DNA from: Macrostomum lignano
Taxonomy: Eukaryota
Assembly (NCBI GenBank): GCA_002269645.1
Contig: NIVC01000197.1
Span: forward strand, 1-64,000
Length of the DNA stretch: 64,000 nt
Direction: 5' to 3'
Positions 40,179 through 53,234 of the stretch are shown here, one piece after another; the first letter of the stretch is position 1, and every line of letters begins with the position of its first letter. The translations under genes were made by a program, and so were the position numbers. The notes beneath the pieces were generated by a model. It saw nothing but the letters and a program-made list of their open reading frames with translations, ran no database searches and was not told the origin of the DNA.

Positions 40179-40540
40179 CAGTCGGGCTGTCACTTTTGAC
40201 TGATTCTTGAATGAGGCTGACACCTGGGCCCTGCCGCAGATCACAGGCGACAGTCGGGCTGTCACTTTTGACTGATTCTTGAATGAGGCTGACACCTGGG
40301 CCCTGCCGCAGACCACAGGCGACAGTCGGGCTGTCACTTTTGACTGATTCTTGAATGAGGCTGACACCTGGGCCCTGCCGCAGACCACAGGCGACAGTCG
40401 GCTGTCACTTTTGACTGATTCTTGAATGAGGCTGACACCTGGGCCCTGCCGCAGATCACAGGCGACAGTCGGGCTGTCACTTTTGACTGATTCTTGAATG
40501 AGGCTGACTGACACCTGGGCCCTGCCGCAGATCACAGTCG
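40179..40540. repeat. 72-bp tandem repeat, about 5 copies, abutting a SINE-A fragment
   Basis: CAGTCGG recurs at 40179, 40251, 40323, 40395 and 40466. Confidence 0.93.
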
Positions 40541-41193
40541 ACTTGCAGCCAGTGGGAAAAAAGTTTCAAAATGTTTTCCATGCAACGTTAAGGCATGGAG
40601 TAGCTAGGTGGTTTTGTCCTCCCTGATGTTAGTATTTCATATAAAATTAACATGTAGGGGTAAGTCAAGTCCATCAGTTGCTGATATGATATCCAGCAAT
40701 TTGATTAGAATTTATATTTCGCTCAACAAGATTGCTGTTTCCAGTTTATTTTAATCCTACTGCTCGTTGCTTAATCGCCTGTTGGGAACAATTCAGTCAG
40801 GATCGACAGTCTTGCGGTGGTTACGACTGAAGTTATTATAATAATTTGGTTCATATTAATTAGTTAACCGCGGCCAAATCTCAGGTGGAGATTGGCGGCA
40901 GCTTGCCTGCCTCTTGTTGTTGCCGACTGGCCTTAGCCGGGTCAGGAGCCGCTGCAGAGACACTGCAAAGGTTGGGTATTAATTGCGAATGCGGATTATT
41001 CTCAACATTTGCTTTGAGGTGTCCGCTCCTTTCCTATCTGCATTGCATCTGTCAACCAGCTTCAGCTCTGGCTGCAAATATTTGACTGGGAGAAATCTGG
41101 CCTGCTGTTTTTACAACTGTTATGCAGGGAATCTGCAGTGTTTGCTCTCTCTGTATCTCTGTGTATTTTTTGCTGCTTTGAGCGGCCTACAGT

Positions 41194-41641
41194 TCAAAAG
41201 TGATCATAAAAACTCTGCCAACCTCGCTTGGCCAACGAGTGCAGCTGCTCTTCTTCGCGCAGCTCAGCTGGCTGTCTCTGGTAGCCCTCAGCGAAGTCAG
41301 GCTGTCTGCAAAGATCAAATCTCTTTATAGTTGAGTTGGTAAAGGATTCGCCAGCAGAAATGCTAAACATTTTTCGACGCTAATAGCCGCGACAAAGTTT
41401 TTGCCAATTCGTATTTAAATAATTCATCATTTCTAATGGATCGATCGAGGCGCTAAATGGAGTGAGCGAGAAAATCTAGTTTGATACTCGAAGATAGAAT
41501 AGCAACAGGCAGACTTTCTCGAGTTTCGAACTCACCATCGCCCGGATATTCGACAGCTGAGCAGGCCGCCTGCTGCGGTAGCATTGTCAGGCAGGAGAGC
41601 GCAATGCACAGGCCCAGGATTGTCTTGCACGCGGCAGCCAT
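41194..41641 (-). CDS. Possible small secreted / prepropeptide gene
   Basis: Signal-peptide-like MAAACKTILGLCIALSCLTMLPQQAACS with a GTGAGT donor at 41535; downstream GC-rich block QPDFAEGYQRQPAELREEEQLHSLAKRGWQSFYDHF*. Splice phases do not match cleanly. Confidence 0.4.
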
Positions 41642-42429
41642 TTGCTTGTGTGTCAACTGTATCTACGGGCAAACTTATTAAAGGCTTAATTTCTGGGGGT
41701 TGGCTTGGCGCTTGCAGCAGCTGACGTTTGAGTTCGCGAGCTCCGGGCCACTGTCTGTCTGGCTCCTATTTAAAGAAGTTTACGCTCAACTGCAGTGTCC
41801 TCATTGGTCCATCCGACGTGTTGACAGCCGTAGTCACTCTCCTATACACGCCTAGGCTGAGGCCTATAGCTTTTCCTTAATCCCCTAGTCAGCTCCACTC
41901 GCGCTCATCATCAATCCCCGGCCATCTCGGACCTCCCCAATAGCGCTCCAAACCTTAAGTGCTCTGGGACCCGCAGGAGGTGTTAATTATTGAGCAAAAC
42001 TGTGCGCCAACTCCGACTGCGCCTATACAAACCTTGCTGGTACCTGAGACAGGCTTGATTTATTTTCCCATCTCCATCTTTCTTGTGCGAGAGACTGCGG
42101 TGCCGCGGACAATCAATCTATGGGCCGAAAGCAGCGGCCGACCCGATCCAGTTGTCCACATATTTTTGACGCGTCCAAGTCATCTTTTGCAGTCATCTGT
42201 CCCGGGCATTGAAAATGAGATGGATTGGCATCGCCAAATTATATGGCTGTTTGAAATGCATTTTTCCCAAAAAATAAAACGCATAGCGGCTTGCTTTCGT
42301 GTGCGAATTTGTCTAGGAATTGCTGAAACAAAATAGGCAGATGAATCCCGTGGTTTCAAATGATGGTTCCACGGCCCGAAGGATAGGGAATTGTGGCCGA
42401 GAAGGAACGAGAGGTGGCTAGGTTGGCCT

Positions 42430-43820
42430 GGAGGACCGGAAAGGGTGGCATGAGGGAGCGGGAAGGGTGACATGAAGGAGCGGGAAGGGTGTCCTGAAGG
42501 AGCGGGAAGGGTGACATGAGGGAGCGGAAAGGGTGACATGAAGGAGCGGGAAGGGTGGCCTGAAGGAGCGGGAAGGGTGGCCTGAAGGAGCGGGAAGGGT
42601 GACATGAATAAGGAGCGGGAAGGGTGGCCTGAAGGAGCGGGAAGGGTGACATGAAGGAGCGGGAAGGGTGACATGAAGGAGCGGGAAGGGTGACATGAAG
42701 GAGCGGGAAGAGTGACATGAAGGATCGGGAAGGGTGACATGAAGGAGCGGGAAGGGTGACATGAAGGAGCGGGAAGGGTGAAATGAAGGAGCGGGAAGGG
42801 TGACATGAAGGAGCGGGAAGGGTGACATGAAGGAGCGGGAAGGGTGACATGAAGGAGCGGGAAGGGTGACATGAAGGAGCGGGAAGGGTGGCCTGAAGGA
42901 GCGGGAAGGGTGACATGAAGGAGCGGGAAGGGTGGCCTGAAAGAGCGGGAAGGGTGACATGAAGGAGCGGGAAGGGTGGCATGAAGGAGCGGGAAGGGTG
43001 ACATGAAGGAGCGGGAAGGGTGACATGAAGGAGCGGGAAGGGTGACATGAAGGAGCGGGAAGGGTGACATGAAGGAGCGGGAAGGGTGACATGAAGGAGC
43101 GGGAAGGGTGACATGAAGGAGCGCGAAGGGTGGCCTGAAGGAGCGGGAAGGGTGACATGAAGGAGCGGGAAGGGTGGCCTGAAAGAGCGGGAAGGGTGAC
43201 ATGAAGGAGCGGGAAGGGTGGCCTGAAGGAGCGGGAAGGGTGACATGAAGGAGCGGGAAGGGTGACATGAAGGAGCGGGAAGGGTGACATGAAGGAGCGG
43301 GAAGGGTGACATGAAGGAGCGGGAAGGGTGGCCTGAAGGAGCGGGAAGGGTGACATGAATAAGGAGCGGGAAGGGTGGCCTGAAGGAGCGGGAAGGGTGA
43401 CATGAAGGAGCGGGAAGGGTGACATGAAGGAGCGGGAAGGGTGAGTACATGAAGGATCGGGAAGGGTGACATGAAGGAGCGGGAAGGGTGGCATGAATAA
43501 GGAGCGGGAAGGGTGAGTACATGAAGGATCGGGAAGGGTGGCATGAATAAGGAGCGGGAAGGGTGACATGAAGGAGCGGGAAGGGTGGCCTGAAGGAGCG
43601 GGAAGGGTGACATGAAGGATCGGGAAGGGTGACATGAAGGAGCGGGAAGGGTGGCCTGAAGGAGCGGGAAGGGTGACATGAAGGATCGGGAAGGGTGACA
43701 TGAAGGAGCGGGAAGGGTGGCATGAAGGAGCGGGAAGGGTGACATGAAGGAGCGGGAAGGGTGACATGAAGGAGCGGGAAGGGTGACATGAAGGAGCGGG
43801 AAGGGTGACATGAAGGAGCG
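42430..43820. repeat. 22-bp minisatellite (GAAGGAGCGGGAAGGGTGACAT)
   Basis: Direct; explains ORFs 42180-43859, 42356-43789 and 42418-43767. Confidence 0.97.
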
Positions 43821-44627
43821 GAAACGGTGTTGAAGGTGGCGGGAATGAATCAAAAGCATTAATTTTAATTTCAGGTAATTAAAATGGGGTCTTCACCAGA
43901 ACAGTTGACAATTAATACGATAGTAGAAATTTTGTCCTCTTAAAGTACTTCCAAATCAAGCCTCTGAACTATTCATTTCATTTTACTTTTGAAAAATGTA
44001 TCTTAAACTGACGAAAGAAAATAAAACAGTGGATTTTTTACTTATCAAAGAAATTTTTTAACCATAGTTTTTAAATTTTCATCCGAGCCAACTTACTGCT
44101 TAAATAGCTATCGATTTGGCCCCTGTTTGACTATAGTTTGTTGTTTTACACCAATTCAAATTACGCGCTGTCTGGGTTGCCTGTAAATCGATGCATTTGC
44201 ATGTCAATCAACTGCGTTCTAAAAAATTTCCATCTTGACTTTCAATGTCAATTAAAAGCTAACTAGCTGATTAGGGTTTTAATTAGTTTTCCCTGTTCTG
44301 AAACTATGTTCCTCGTAGTATGTCTCAATTAAATAAATAAATGTGTATTTACTTGGCCTAGTAAATTGAATCCATAGTCTACAAGAATCAAATCAAGTTC
44401 ACCAGATACTACTTACCACAGTGCATGAGTAACGACATTGAAATCAGCACAAATACTGTGATTGATATTATAGTTGAATTATTTCATGACATTGTAACAC
44501 AACTTTTCAGAGACTTTTCAGAGTGAGGGGAAACCAGAACAATCTCTCAACACTGGACCTGTCAATGGGCAGTTGCTGTACTTAATTAAAACCGTGCCTC
44601 TGCACAGGCTGAGCGACACGGCCTGGC

Positions 44628-45231
44628 CATGGGGCGTTGCATGGGGGGGCACAGTCAAGAATTCAACATGTACATGTACATGTGCATTACATGACTAGAT
44701 TCCTACAGTTCCATTATTTTGATAATCGTGTTGTCAGCGCTCATTTTGGCACCGCAGTATTGGTCATTTTAGCGCCACAGGTTCTCATTTTGGCGCCGAA
44801 GGCACTCATTTTGGCGCCGCAAACACTCATTTTGGTACCACCGGCACTCATTTTGGTGCCACAGACACTCATTTTGGTGCCACAGACACTCATTTTGGTG
44901 CCGCAGACACTCATTTTGGTGCCGCAGACACTCATTTTGGCGCTGCAGACACTCTGCATTTTGGTGCCACAGGCACTCATTTTGGTGCCGCAGGCACTCA
45001 TTTTGGTGCCGCAGACACTCATTTTGGCGCTGCAGACACTCTGCATTTTGGTGCCACAGGCACTCATTTTGGTGCCACAGGCACTCATTTTGGCGCTGCA
45101 GACACTCATTTTGGCGCTGCAGAGACTCATTTTGGTGCCACAGGCATTCATTTAGGTGCCACAGGCACTCATTTTGGTGCCACAGGCACTCATTTTGTCC
45201 CCCCACCATAAAATCCATGGCGACGCCCCTG
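44628..45231. mobile_element. MITE-like element with internal 21-bp minisatellite
   Basis: Imperfect TIR CATGGGGCGTTGC / GCGACGCCCCTG; array GGCACTCATTTTGGTGCCACA. Confidence 0.7.
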
Positions 45232-46394
45232 GCAGTATAGATACTTATAAATATTTTATTAAAGTGGAAACTTCTTTCAGTAGCAAAAGACTATATTTGC
45301 TCGATGGAGACCTTAGTGTTGTATATGATCGAGGTGATTCTTCAATTTTTAAGTGATAAGTTAATTGTCAGCACTCAATTCTCTTCTTAATTTCACTCTC
45401 CTGATCTCACTGCCACCCTGCTTTCTGCTGTAACTCGAAAGATGTAAAATCTATAAGATCTACATGTACATACAATTCTGTACAACTGACTTTGTTGCAG
45501 TCAATTAATGTTACGTACCGTAAGCATACATTCGCAATTCGGGAAAATGACGAAATTATTAATTTGCATTCATGCAGACGAGATTTAGATATCGAAAAGC
45601 ATTTCTTATGTACATGTACATGTTATAGGCATTCTCGTAACATTAAAAATGTGCCAAAAGTGCAAAATTTAATGTTGCTTATTAATTATTAATTAATGTT
45701 TTAATGTTTAAAAATTACAGTACACCTCCTTGAAAAATTCCTAGCAAACATGCGGAAAAACATGTTGAATATTGTGCAGTGCGGACATGAGGAATATATG
45801 TGCAATATAAAATTGGAATAACGTGCGGAATATAGCTAGGCTTTAATTCATATACCGATTTCACATTCTGGAAGCAGAATCGGTTTAGATGATCTCTTCC
45901 AAAAAGCAGTATAATTATTTAACTTTGTTGGACGTTTGGCTGCCTAAACAGCCTCACCTTGCCCAGTTTTTCACTTTCTTCTTGACTATTGTCATTGAAT
46001 AATTACAACTTTATAGCACACGTATATAGCACGTTAACAAAGTTATACTTTACAAGTTGGATCTGGTTCAAGAACTATACTATAAAAAGCGATATGAAAA
46101 GGCCCTAACATGCGGACAACGTGCGGAATATAACATATGCAGCGTAAGTTATTCACGTCAAAGATGCGCAAAAACAAGAGTTTAACAAATGAAAGCAAAC
46201 ATCAGCATAAATAATAGCATGAACTTAATTTAAAATATACATTTGAGTTGTAGCTTTAGACTCGTTTGTTGTCGTTGTTGTTGTTGATGGTTTATTTTAT
46301 CTCTAATTATTTATCTTCAGCTCCAATTTGAATTTAATGGCATTGTGTGCATGATCAGCGCGAGTTATTTCACAATCACATGCCTATTTGATGT

Positions 46395-46925
46395 GGTGGG
46401 TTTGCCGACAGATATTTTTTCCTTTGAACAGATAATTCGAACAAAAAATGAATTCATGTTTCGGGATGCATTCCTTACTTTAGATGACGCCAGATTCAGC
46501 TTTAAAGACGTAGCGAGCGATAAAGCAAAGTTTTGGTTCATCTTGGTTGAAGATCGTTGATCAACTAAAACTCTGATTTATGGCTGCGTCTCTATGCTTT
46601 AATCATTTGCTCTGGAACTTTTATCACTTCTTGACGCATGACGCATTTCTCAGCTTTGAAATGGCATCTTAGACACATGATTGTATTTTTGTAGTTCCCC
46701 AAATATTTTCTTCCAAAATTTGTTTGAAAGGGGTGCCACTGAATTTGTGTTTAATTGGCACACTTTGCATTCATGCTATTGTTTTTTCTTTAGGACAGAA
46801 AATTTCTGCTTTTAAAATTTTAAAGCTGAATGTGGTGTCAGAGTAAGAAATGCATCCTGAAACATGAATTCATTTTTTGTTTGAATTATCTGTTTAAAGG
46901 AAAAATATCTGTCAGGAAACCCACA
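46395..46925. mobile_element. Non-autonomous DNA element with ~85-bp terminal inverted repeats
   Basis: 46395-46480 is the reverse complement of 46841-46925 with few mismatches. Confidence 0.85.
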
Positions 46926-48764
46926 TATGCATATTTCTTTTCTCCATGAATTATGCCAAGTCAAGTTTTATTGATTAATAGCAATAGGCCTAGTCCAATT
47001 TTTTACCATAAATGTATCTATATATGACTATATCTTTTGCAATTTAATTAGGCCTACTCATTACTCAAGCTTAAATTTGACAGTTAAATAAACTTTTAGA
47101 AGTATTGAAAAATCACAAATAGTTCTTTATAATTTGTGACATCTTTATGAGCTTAGTATCAAAGTATTAAATCCATGTTTTAAAAATATTTATTGTCCAA
47201 CTCCATTTTGATATTACTATAATAGATTTTTTGATAGGGAAAAATTTACCCAATAAAAAGTTCTACTAATAATAGGGTATCCTATACAGCTTGTACTAAA
47301 AATGAGACATTTCTATCTATCTAGGTATGCCATAGTTAGAATTGTGTATTAATATACACTGGGCTTAATATAAGAAAAAAAGGACAAGACCTTGTTTGTA
47401 TGCTGGCTTTATGCACTAATACAAAAATATTTTTTGACACAATATATCTACTGTGTTGTATATGTTGGGATATACCCTGATGTACATTGAAAATGATAAG
47501 ACCCTTTCCCTTGTTTTTTTGAGCATCTATTGCCTATGGATCCCTTAAGTTCCTTAAATTCTAGGCATTCACTATCTCTCAACTCTCTTGGACTAGGCTC
47601 ATTCCATATAAGATAGACATTTTTGGAAAATAGAAAAAAGTCAATATTTTTGCTTGCCATTGCCTTATCAGCCAATTTTTTTACCAAATGTTTTTTATGT
47701 GTAATATCTACAATCTAAGAATAAATGAATGATAAAATGTTAGATTAGTATGCTATCAAGTGGCAAAAAGTCATTTTTGTAAAAATTTAGACATTTTTCT
47801 AAGCAAAAGACATCATTAAGTTTGTGTACCTTTTAAAAACAAATAGAAAGCTTTGGAAGGTTGAAACAAACTAGGCCCTATAGATAAAAGTATAGTACTT
47901 GCATCATCAGATAAAAGTATTGGTGACCAAATAATCTATTATATTTTTAATATATTGGTACCTCAAAGTTACTGAATTGACAGAAAAAAATATGTTACGA
48001 CCATAATGTTACGACCATAAGGCTGCCTTTTCTTTTGTATCTTTGTTGCCTTTTTGAGTTTATATATTCTACAAAAAGAGTATGATTACTAAAGATGTTC
48101 TTAGTCAAATTTTAAAAAAATGTATTGCAAAATATCAAAAATAAAAATGTTATAAGACTTTTACCTTTTAGTTTCTATATGTCAAAAATCCTGTTGTTAC
48201 GACCATAAGTGCCATTCAAGGTTTAATAGCATCTATACTAATGATGATATCTACATGAAACTCTATAAAAATATTTTTGACAAAATTATATTTCATTTAA
48301 AATATTGGTTTAGTATATTCTATTATTATATTTCATTTTATAAGTAAAAATAGCCTGTCATGTTACGACCATGCTTATATGGAATGAGCTACTAGGTAAC
48401 GTAAATTGTTTTAAAAGTTTATCAAAATTGACAAATAATTCTACCTCATCCATGATAGGCCTATATTGCAAGAGCTGTTCTAGTTATGAATTCTATCCTG
48501 CCTTGCTCCTGTGGATTTTAGAAAAACTTTTTGCTTAATTACTTCCAAGCTTTAGTGGGTGAAATTTAGGTTCAAATTTTTCTTTTACTGATGCAAGGTT
48601 TGCAACAACATAGGCAGGATTGACACTATACATGTGCAACCTTCAAAATTCAGTCGGCCATGCGACTTAGTTTTAACAAAATGCGACGTAGTTTTTGGCC
48701 AAAATGCGACTTACATGTAAAAAAACCTAGTGTAAGTAGCGTAAAGCAAAATTAACGCTACTTT

Positions 48765-48828
48765 GGGTAAACGGCAGGAGTAACTATGACTGTCTTATGA
48801 AGTCAAAATGCCTCGTCAGCTACTTAGT
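48765..48828 (+). pseudogene. Short 28S rRNA-like fragment (helix 69 / R2 target region)
   Basis: GGGTAAACGGCAGGAGTAACTATGACT...AAATGCCTCGTCAGCTACTTAGT versus recalled 28S GGGTAAACGGCGGGAGTAACTATGACTCTCTTAAGGTAGCCAAATGCCTCGTCATCTAATTAGT. Confidence 0.75.
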
Positions 48829-51800
48829 ACTACTACTTTGGTATTTTTTGGGTGGGCATTTTTGCGAATTTCTTGTTTGGCCACCAAATTGGTCAGCTGG
48901 ATTGGCCGACTTAGCCAACTGTTGCGCATGTATGATTGACACATGGTGATGCAGCTAGTGCAGATACATTTAGTGCTGACACAGAATAAATAGATATTGG
49001 TGCTAATGCAGACATATTATATATAGGTGTGCTAGGCCTCTTGGCTCTTTCCTATAAAGTCCTAATTCTTAGCCTCTGCCTAGTCCTTATGCTGCCACCA
49101 AAGTTGTTCTAGGGCTAGCTTCCTATACTAATCTTTAAGTTTTCTTGTTAAGTTGGTAGCTGCCACCAGGATTATCCTATTAATAAATTATGAGTTTATC
49201 AATCTTAGAAAAATCCAATAAACATTTCTTAGAATTGATCTGAGTATATATCTTAGTATTTAGTCTGAGTATTTATCTGAGTATTATTCTTGGAAACTGT
49301 TAGCCCTTAAAGATTTTATTCCTCTGTTATTCTGGTAGCATTTATTCTGATTCCAGTAGCATTTACTGTACTTTTGGCCTGAGTGGTCTATTGGCTATAC
49401 TGGTATATGTATTTTATGTACTTTGCAAGTCCTTGGGTGTTACCAAGATCAGAGGGTCACAGCCTCCAGTTATTCTTACACATATCACTTCAGATCTACT
49501 TCATATATTCTTATTACTCAATTCTGCTACTTCTCAGTAGTATGTACTATATACACTTTAGTCTACTTTGCTCTTACTTTGTAAAAGGAATTAACACAGA
49601 AAGCACTTCTTCAATTCTTATTTTCTTGGAACTCTTACTATTCGCTATCAATCACTTATTGCGGAACCTTGATGCGCAAGGTTGTCTTGTCCTCCACTGA
49701 AAACACTTCTATTTATGCTCAAATTTAATGTAGATTTAAAGAAAAATATATTTGCGTAAAATATTATGAAAAATATGAGTATTAAAGCAAAAATTGTGTT
49801 TTAGTTTTGGCATAAATTCAAGTTCACTTAATCGGTAACTATTTTATAGAGTAGTTGGGAGGGGCCTTGTACATAGGTATACCATGCATGTCTTTGCATT
49901 GGGACTATTTGCCAACTTTGGGGATCAACATAACTACTTCTATAATTAGAAGCTTTCATGTTGAAACTACTTTTGCTAGAGGTTTGTGGCCTCAAATGCC
50001 AGCCCTCATACTTTAGTTTCCTTGCTTAGACTAGTATTGAGGCAAGCAGCTCTGATGACTTACATTAAGCTAACAAGTTTAACATATAATATCAATAATC
50101 TATCTATTTTTGCTAACTCATGCACTCACTTCTATGTCTATGCAGTTTCTACCCTTTCCCTTCTCCAAAAAAGTACAATTATGATCATTGATATAGCATA
50201 ATTTTGAATTACTATAAGTTTGTTGTCTGTTTAAAATAATTTTTTACTATGAAAAAACTTAATTTTTCAACCAAAAGTCATTATATTTTGATTGCATTTT
50301 TTGGCAAAAAAAGTTTGCTGCCAGTGTTCTGCCACAGTGTTATTAGAAAGCTAGCAGTTTTCTAGCATTTTTCCTAGTGCATGCATTTAATTATAAATAG
50401 GCTAATTTTAGTATGATAATGCATGCAATCAACTTTTAGGCTTTTACTTCAATGCTATTATACTATGATGTAAAAGTATATTGTCATTAAATATATTTAC
50501 TGACTATATGATTACTGTCTTTTATTTATTTCTTTATCCTATATTCACCTTTATAAATGTACATTCAGTATCATAGGCTTTTATACTGCTTTCTCTTGTG
50601 CCAATTTCTGTTGCCATTAGTGCAGTATAGTAATAGCTAAAGTTATGATAGCCTGCTTAATACAAACTTGGCAATGTTGCTACTGTTGCTATAATCTAAG
50701 CATTTGGTCAACTTTGTTAGATAGTTTAGATAGGAGCCAAAATTCTTTTATAATTAGGTCAGGTTTGCTTTGGTTTGCTTGCTAATCATATTCCATTCTA
50801 GGTACATTGGGAATACATTTTTATTGTAGCTATTGCACTTGCTATAACTTGCATGTCATATAGAATTAACTGTCTGCCATATAGAAACAAGAGTCCTAGT
50901 CTCTGCTTGCATATGCATAATGCTAACAGCAGGGGCATAGCCAGGAATTTCCTACAGGGGGATACACCAAGGTAAAAGTGCTATGACAGAGTCACATAGT
51001 AGCATGTATAGCAACAAAGGGCAGCAAAAAAGTTTTGGTCAGGCTCTTCGAGGGGATATATCCCCTCTATCCCCCTCCCTATACCCCTGGTCTACAGTAA
51101 TATAGGCAGCATGAACTAGCATTGCTTTTTTGTTAGATTCAGATTGATAAACAAATGCAGACACTGGTTTAGTATTTTGTAACTATATCTACATAGCTAT
51201 ATCTACTATATCTATATCTACAAATCTACATAGATTTGCAGCTCTCATCTAGCTAGTATTTTGTAGCTCTCTGCTATTAGAATATAGCCAAGTTTTTTTG
51301 CTAAAGACTTTCATATAGACTTTCATTACTTTCATACTTTCATAAAGACTCATTTGCTTACTTTCATAGTGCAATTTTAAGGCTCAAAATTCAATTTCTC
51401 TCTTTTTTATTTTAAGGCAATGCAAATGAGGCTTCAATGGAAAAAGAGGTTATGAGACCACACCTAAATGGCACCCACTTTTTAATTTCAGGGTGCAATT
51501 TGAAAATTTAGGATGCAAACACACACTTCGCATACAAAAAATAAACCTAGAATGTAGCACTGATTGCAAGTGGTATATTGGTTGAACTTGATATTATTCA
51601 AATAAATAAAGATTGTGATGCAAAAAATGGCATAGATATGAATGATTTAAGATGGTGAGAATTAAATATAATACTAGTGTCCATGCTGCTATTGCCATCT
51701 GGTATGACTAATAGATTTGTAGTTATTGTTATAGGCTCATGGCTCTTGCAAGTCTCATTGACACTGACAATTTTAATGTCATGGAACTTGACACCCATAT

Positions 51801-53234
51801 TCGTTAGGATAGTACTTTCACAAGTCAATGCTATAGTCAATGCTGCAGTAGCAGCTTCATTATCAACTAGCCTAGTACTCTCTTTAGATGCTTCATTGGT
51901 TTTAGCTTTAGAACCACAATTAGGATCTTTAGAAAATTCAAAGTCATGGTCCTATTTTAAAGATACTGCTATGATTTTCTCTACAAGGTCCCTGATAGTT
52001 GGATCAGTTGACTTCTTCCAATCATATGGCATTCTGACAGTCCTAGATCTAGGAATTTCATGGCATGAAGCATGCCATTTTTCTCCATCATAGATTTGAC
52101 TAGTGTGACAGTGTTCCGCTATAAGGGGGGTCAATATGCCATAGCCATAGCCATAAGCAAAACTATGGCTGTAGCCATAGGGACTCCAATATTACCATAT
52201 CCCCTTATTTCCCATTGCTATAGCCGTAGTTTTAACAAAAAGTCTAGGAAACAAAATATTTTGAATCAAGAAGATAACCTAGTGCTTAAACAACTGCAAA
52301 TTAAGGTAGAAAATAAAACAAACACTCAATTGCCTTTGTAAGATTATATTTTATCCTTTTTACAAAGAGTAACAATACCTAATCACTACTGAAAGTACTA
52401 ATGCAGAAATTTCTCACATTGATAAAAGTTAGAGTTTGCTAATGTTTTATTGTTCTTTATTAGGCATAATTTATAAGTTTCTAAGTCTATAATACAGTTT
52501 ACCAAAGGATCTTTGTTTTACTTTACCTGTTTCTAATATTTTTTTAAATTAATAACTATGGCTATAGGAATCTATGGAATGTGACAACAACTACCATATT
52601 TCTGTAGTGGTAGCCATAAGAGCAGCTATCTACCATAGGCACCTATTTTACCATTTTTGCCATAAGATCCCATAGCCATAGCCATAGCTACAGCAGAACA
52701 CTAGTGACAGTTAAACAGTATATAGTCTTATATAACATTTTTTGAAATTATTTCCCACAAATGATGTATACAAGGGAAGCAATACTAAACTAGCAGAATC
52801 AGCTTCTATTCTAGCTTTAGCTGCTTAAGTGTCTTTGCTTTTGCAAGGCATTGGCTACTACTGCTATGCTGTTTTTGTTGTGATGCACTATTAATCCTTT
52901 TTATTTTGTTTGCTATGGGTGAACACCATAGACATTGACAATGGTTAGGATTTTGGATTTTTAGCTACAGTAAGAGCTGACTTGAGTAGCTAAAGAAATA
53001 AAGAAATAAAAAGAAATATGAAAAAGGCCTCATTGTCACATTCTTTCTCTTATTATTTCTCGTTGTGTAATTTTGTGATTATCAAACGCCAACTTTTCAA
53101 CATCTACCATAGACTATGGTGGAACTGCGAGTTTATTTTTCATATCAACGAGAAATCAGCTTCAATGGTTAAGCAATGAACAGTTTACAGTTTTTAGTTG
53201 TTTATAGTTGCAATTCTCAATGACGCAGATGTCT

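Noticed and set aside
51598-52134. Short ORFs in the CpG-depleted block
   Set aside because: Fragmented and not assignable to a family.
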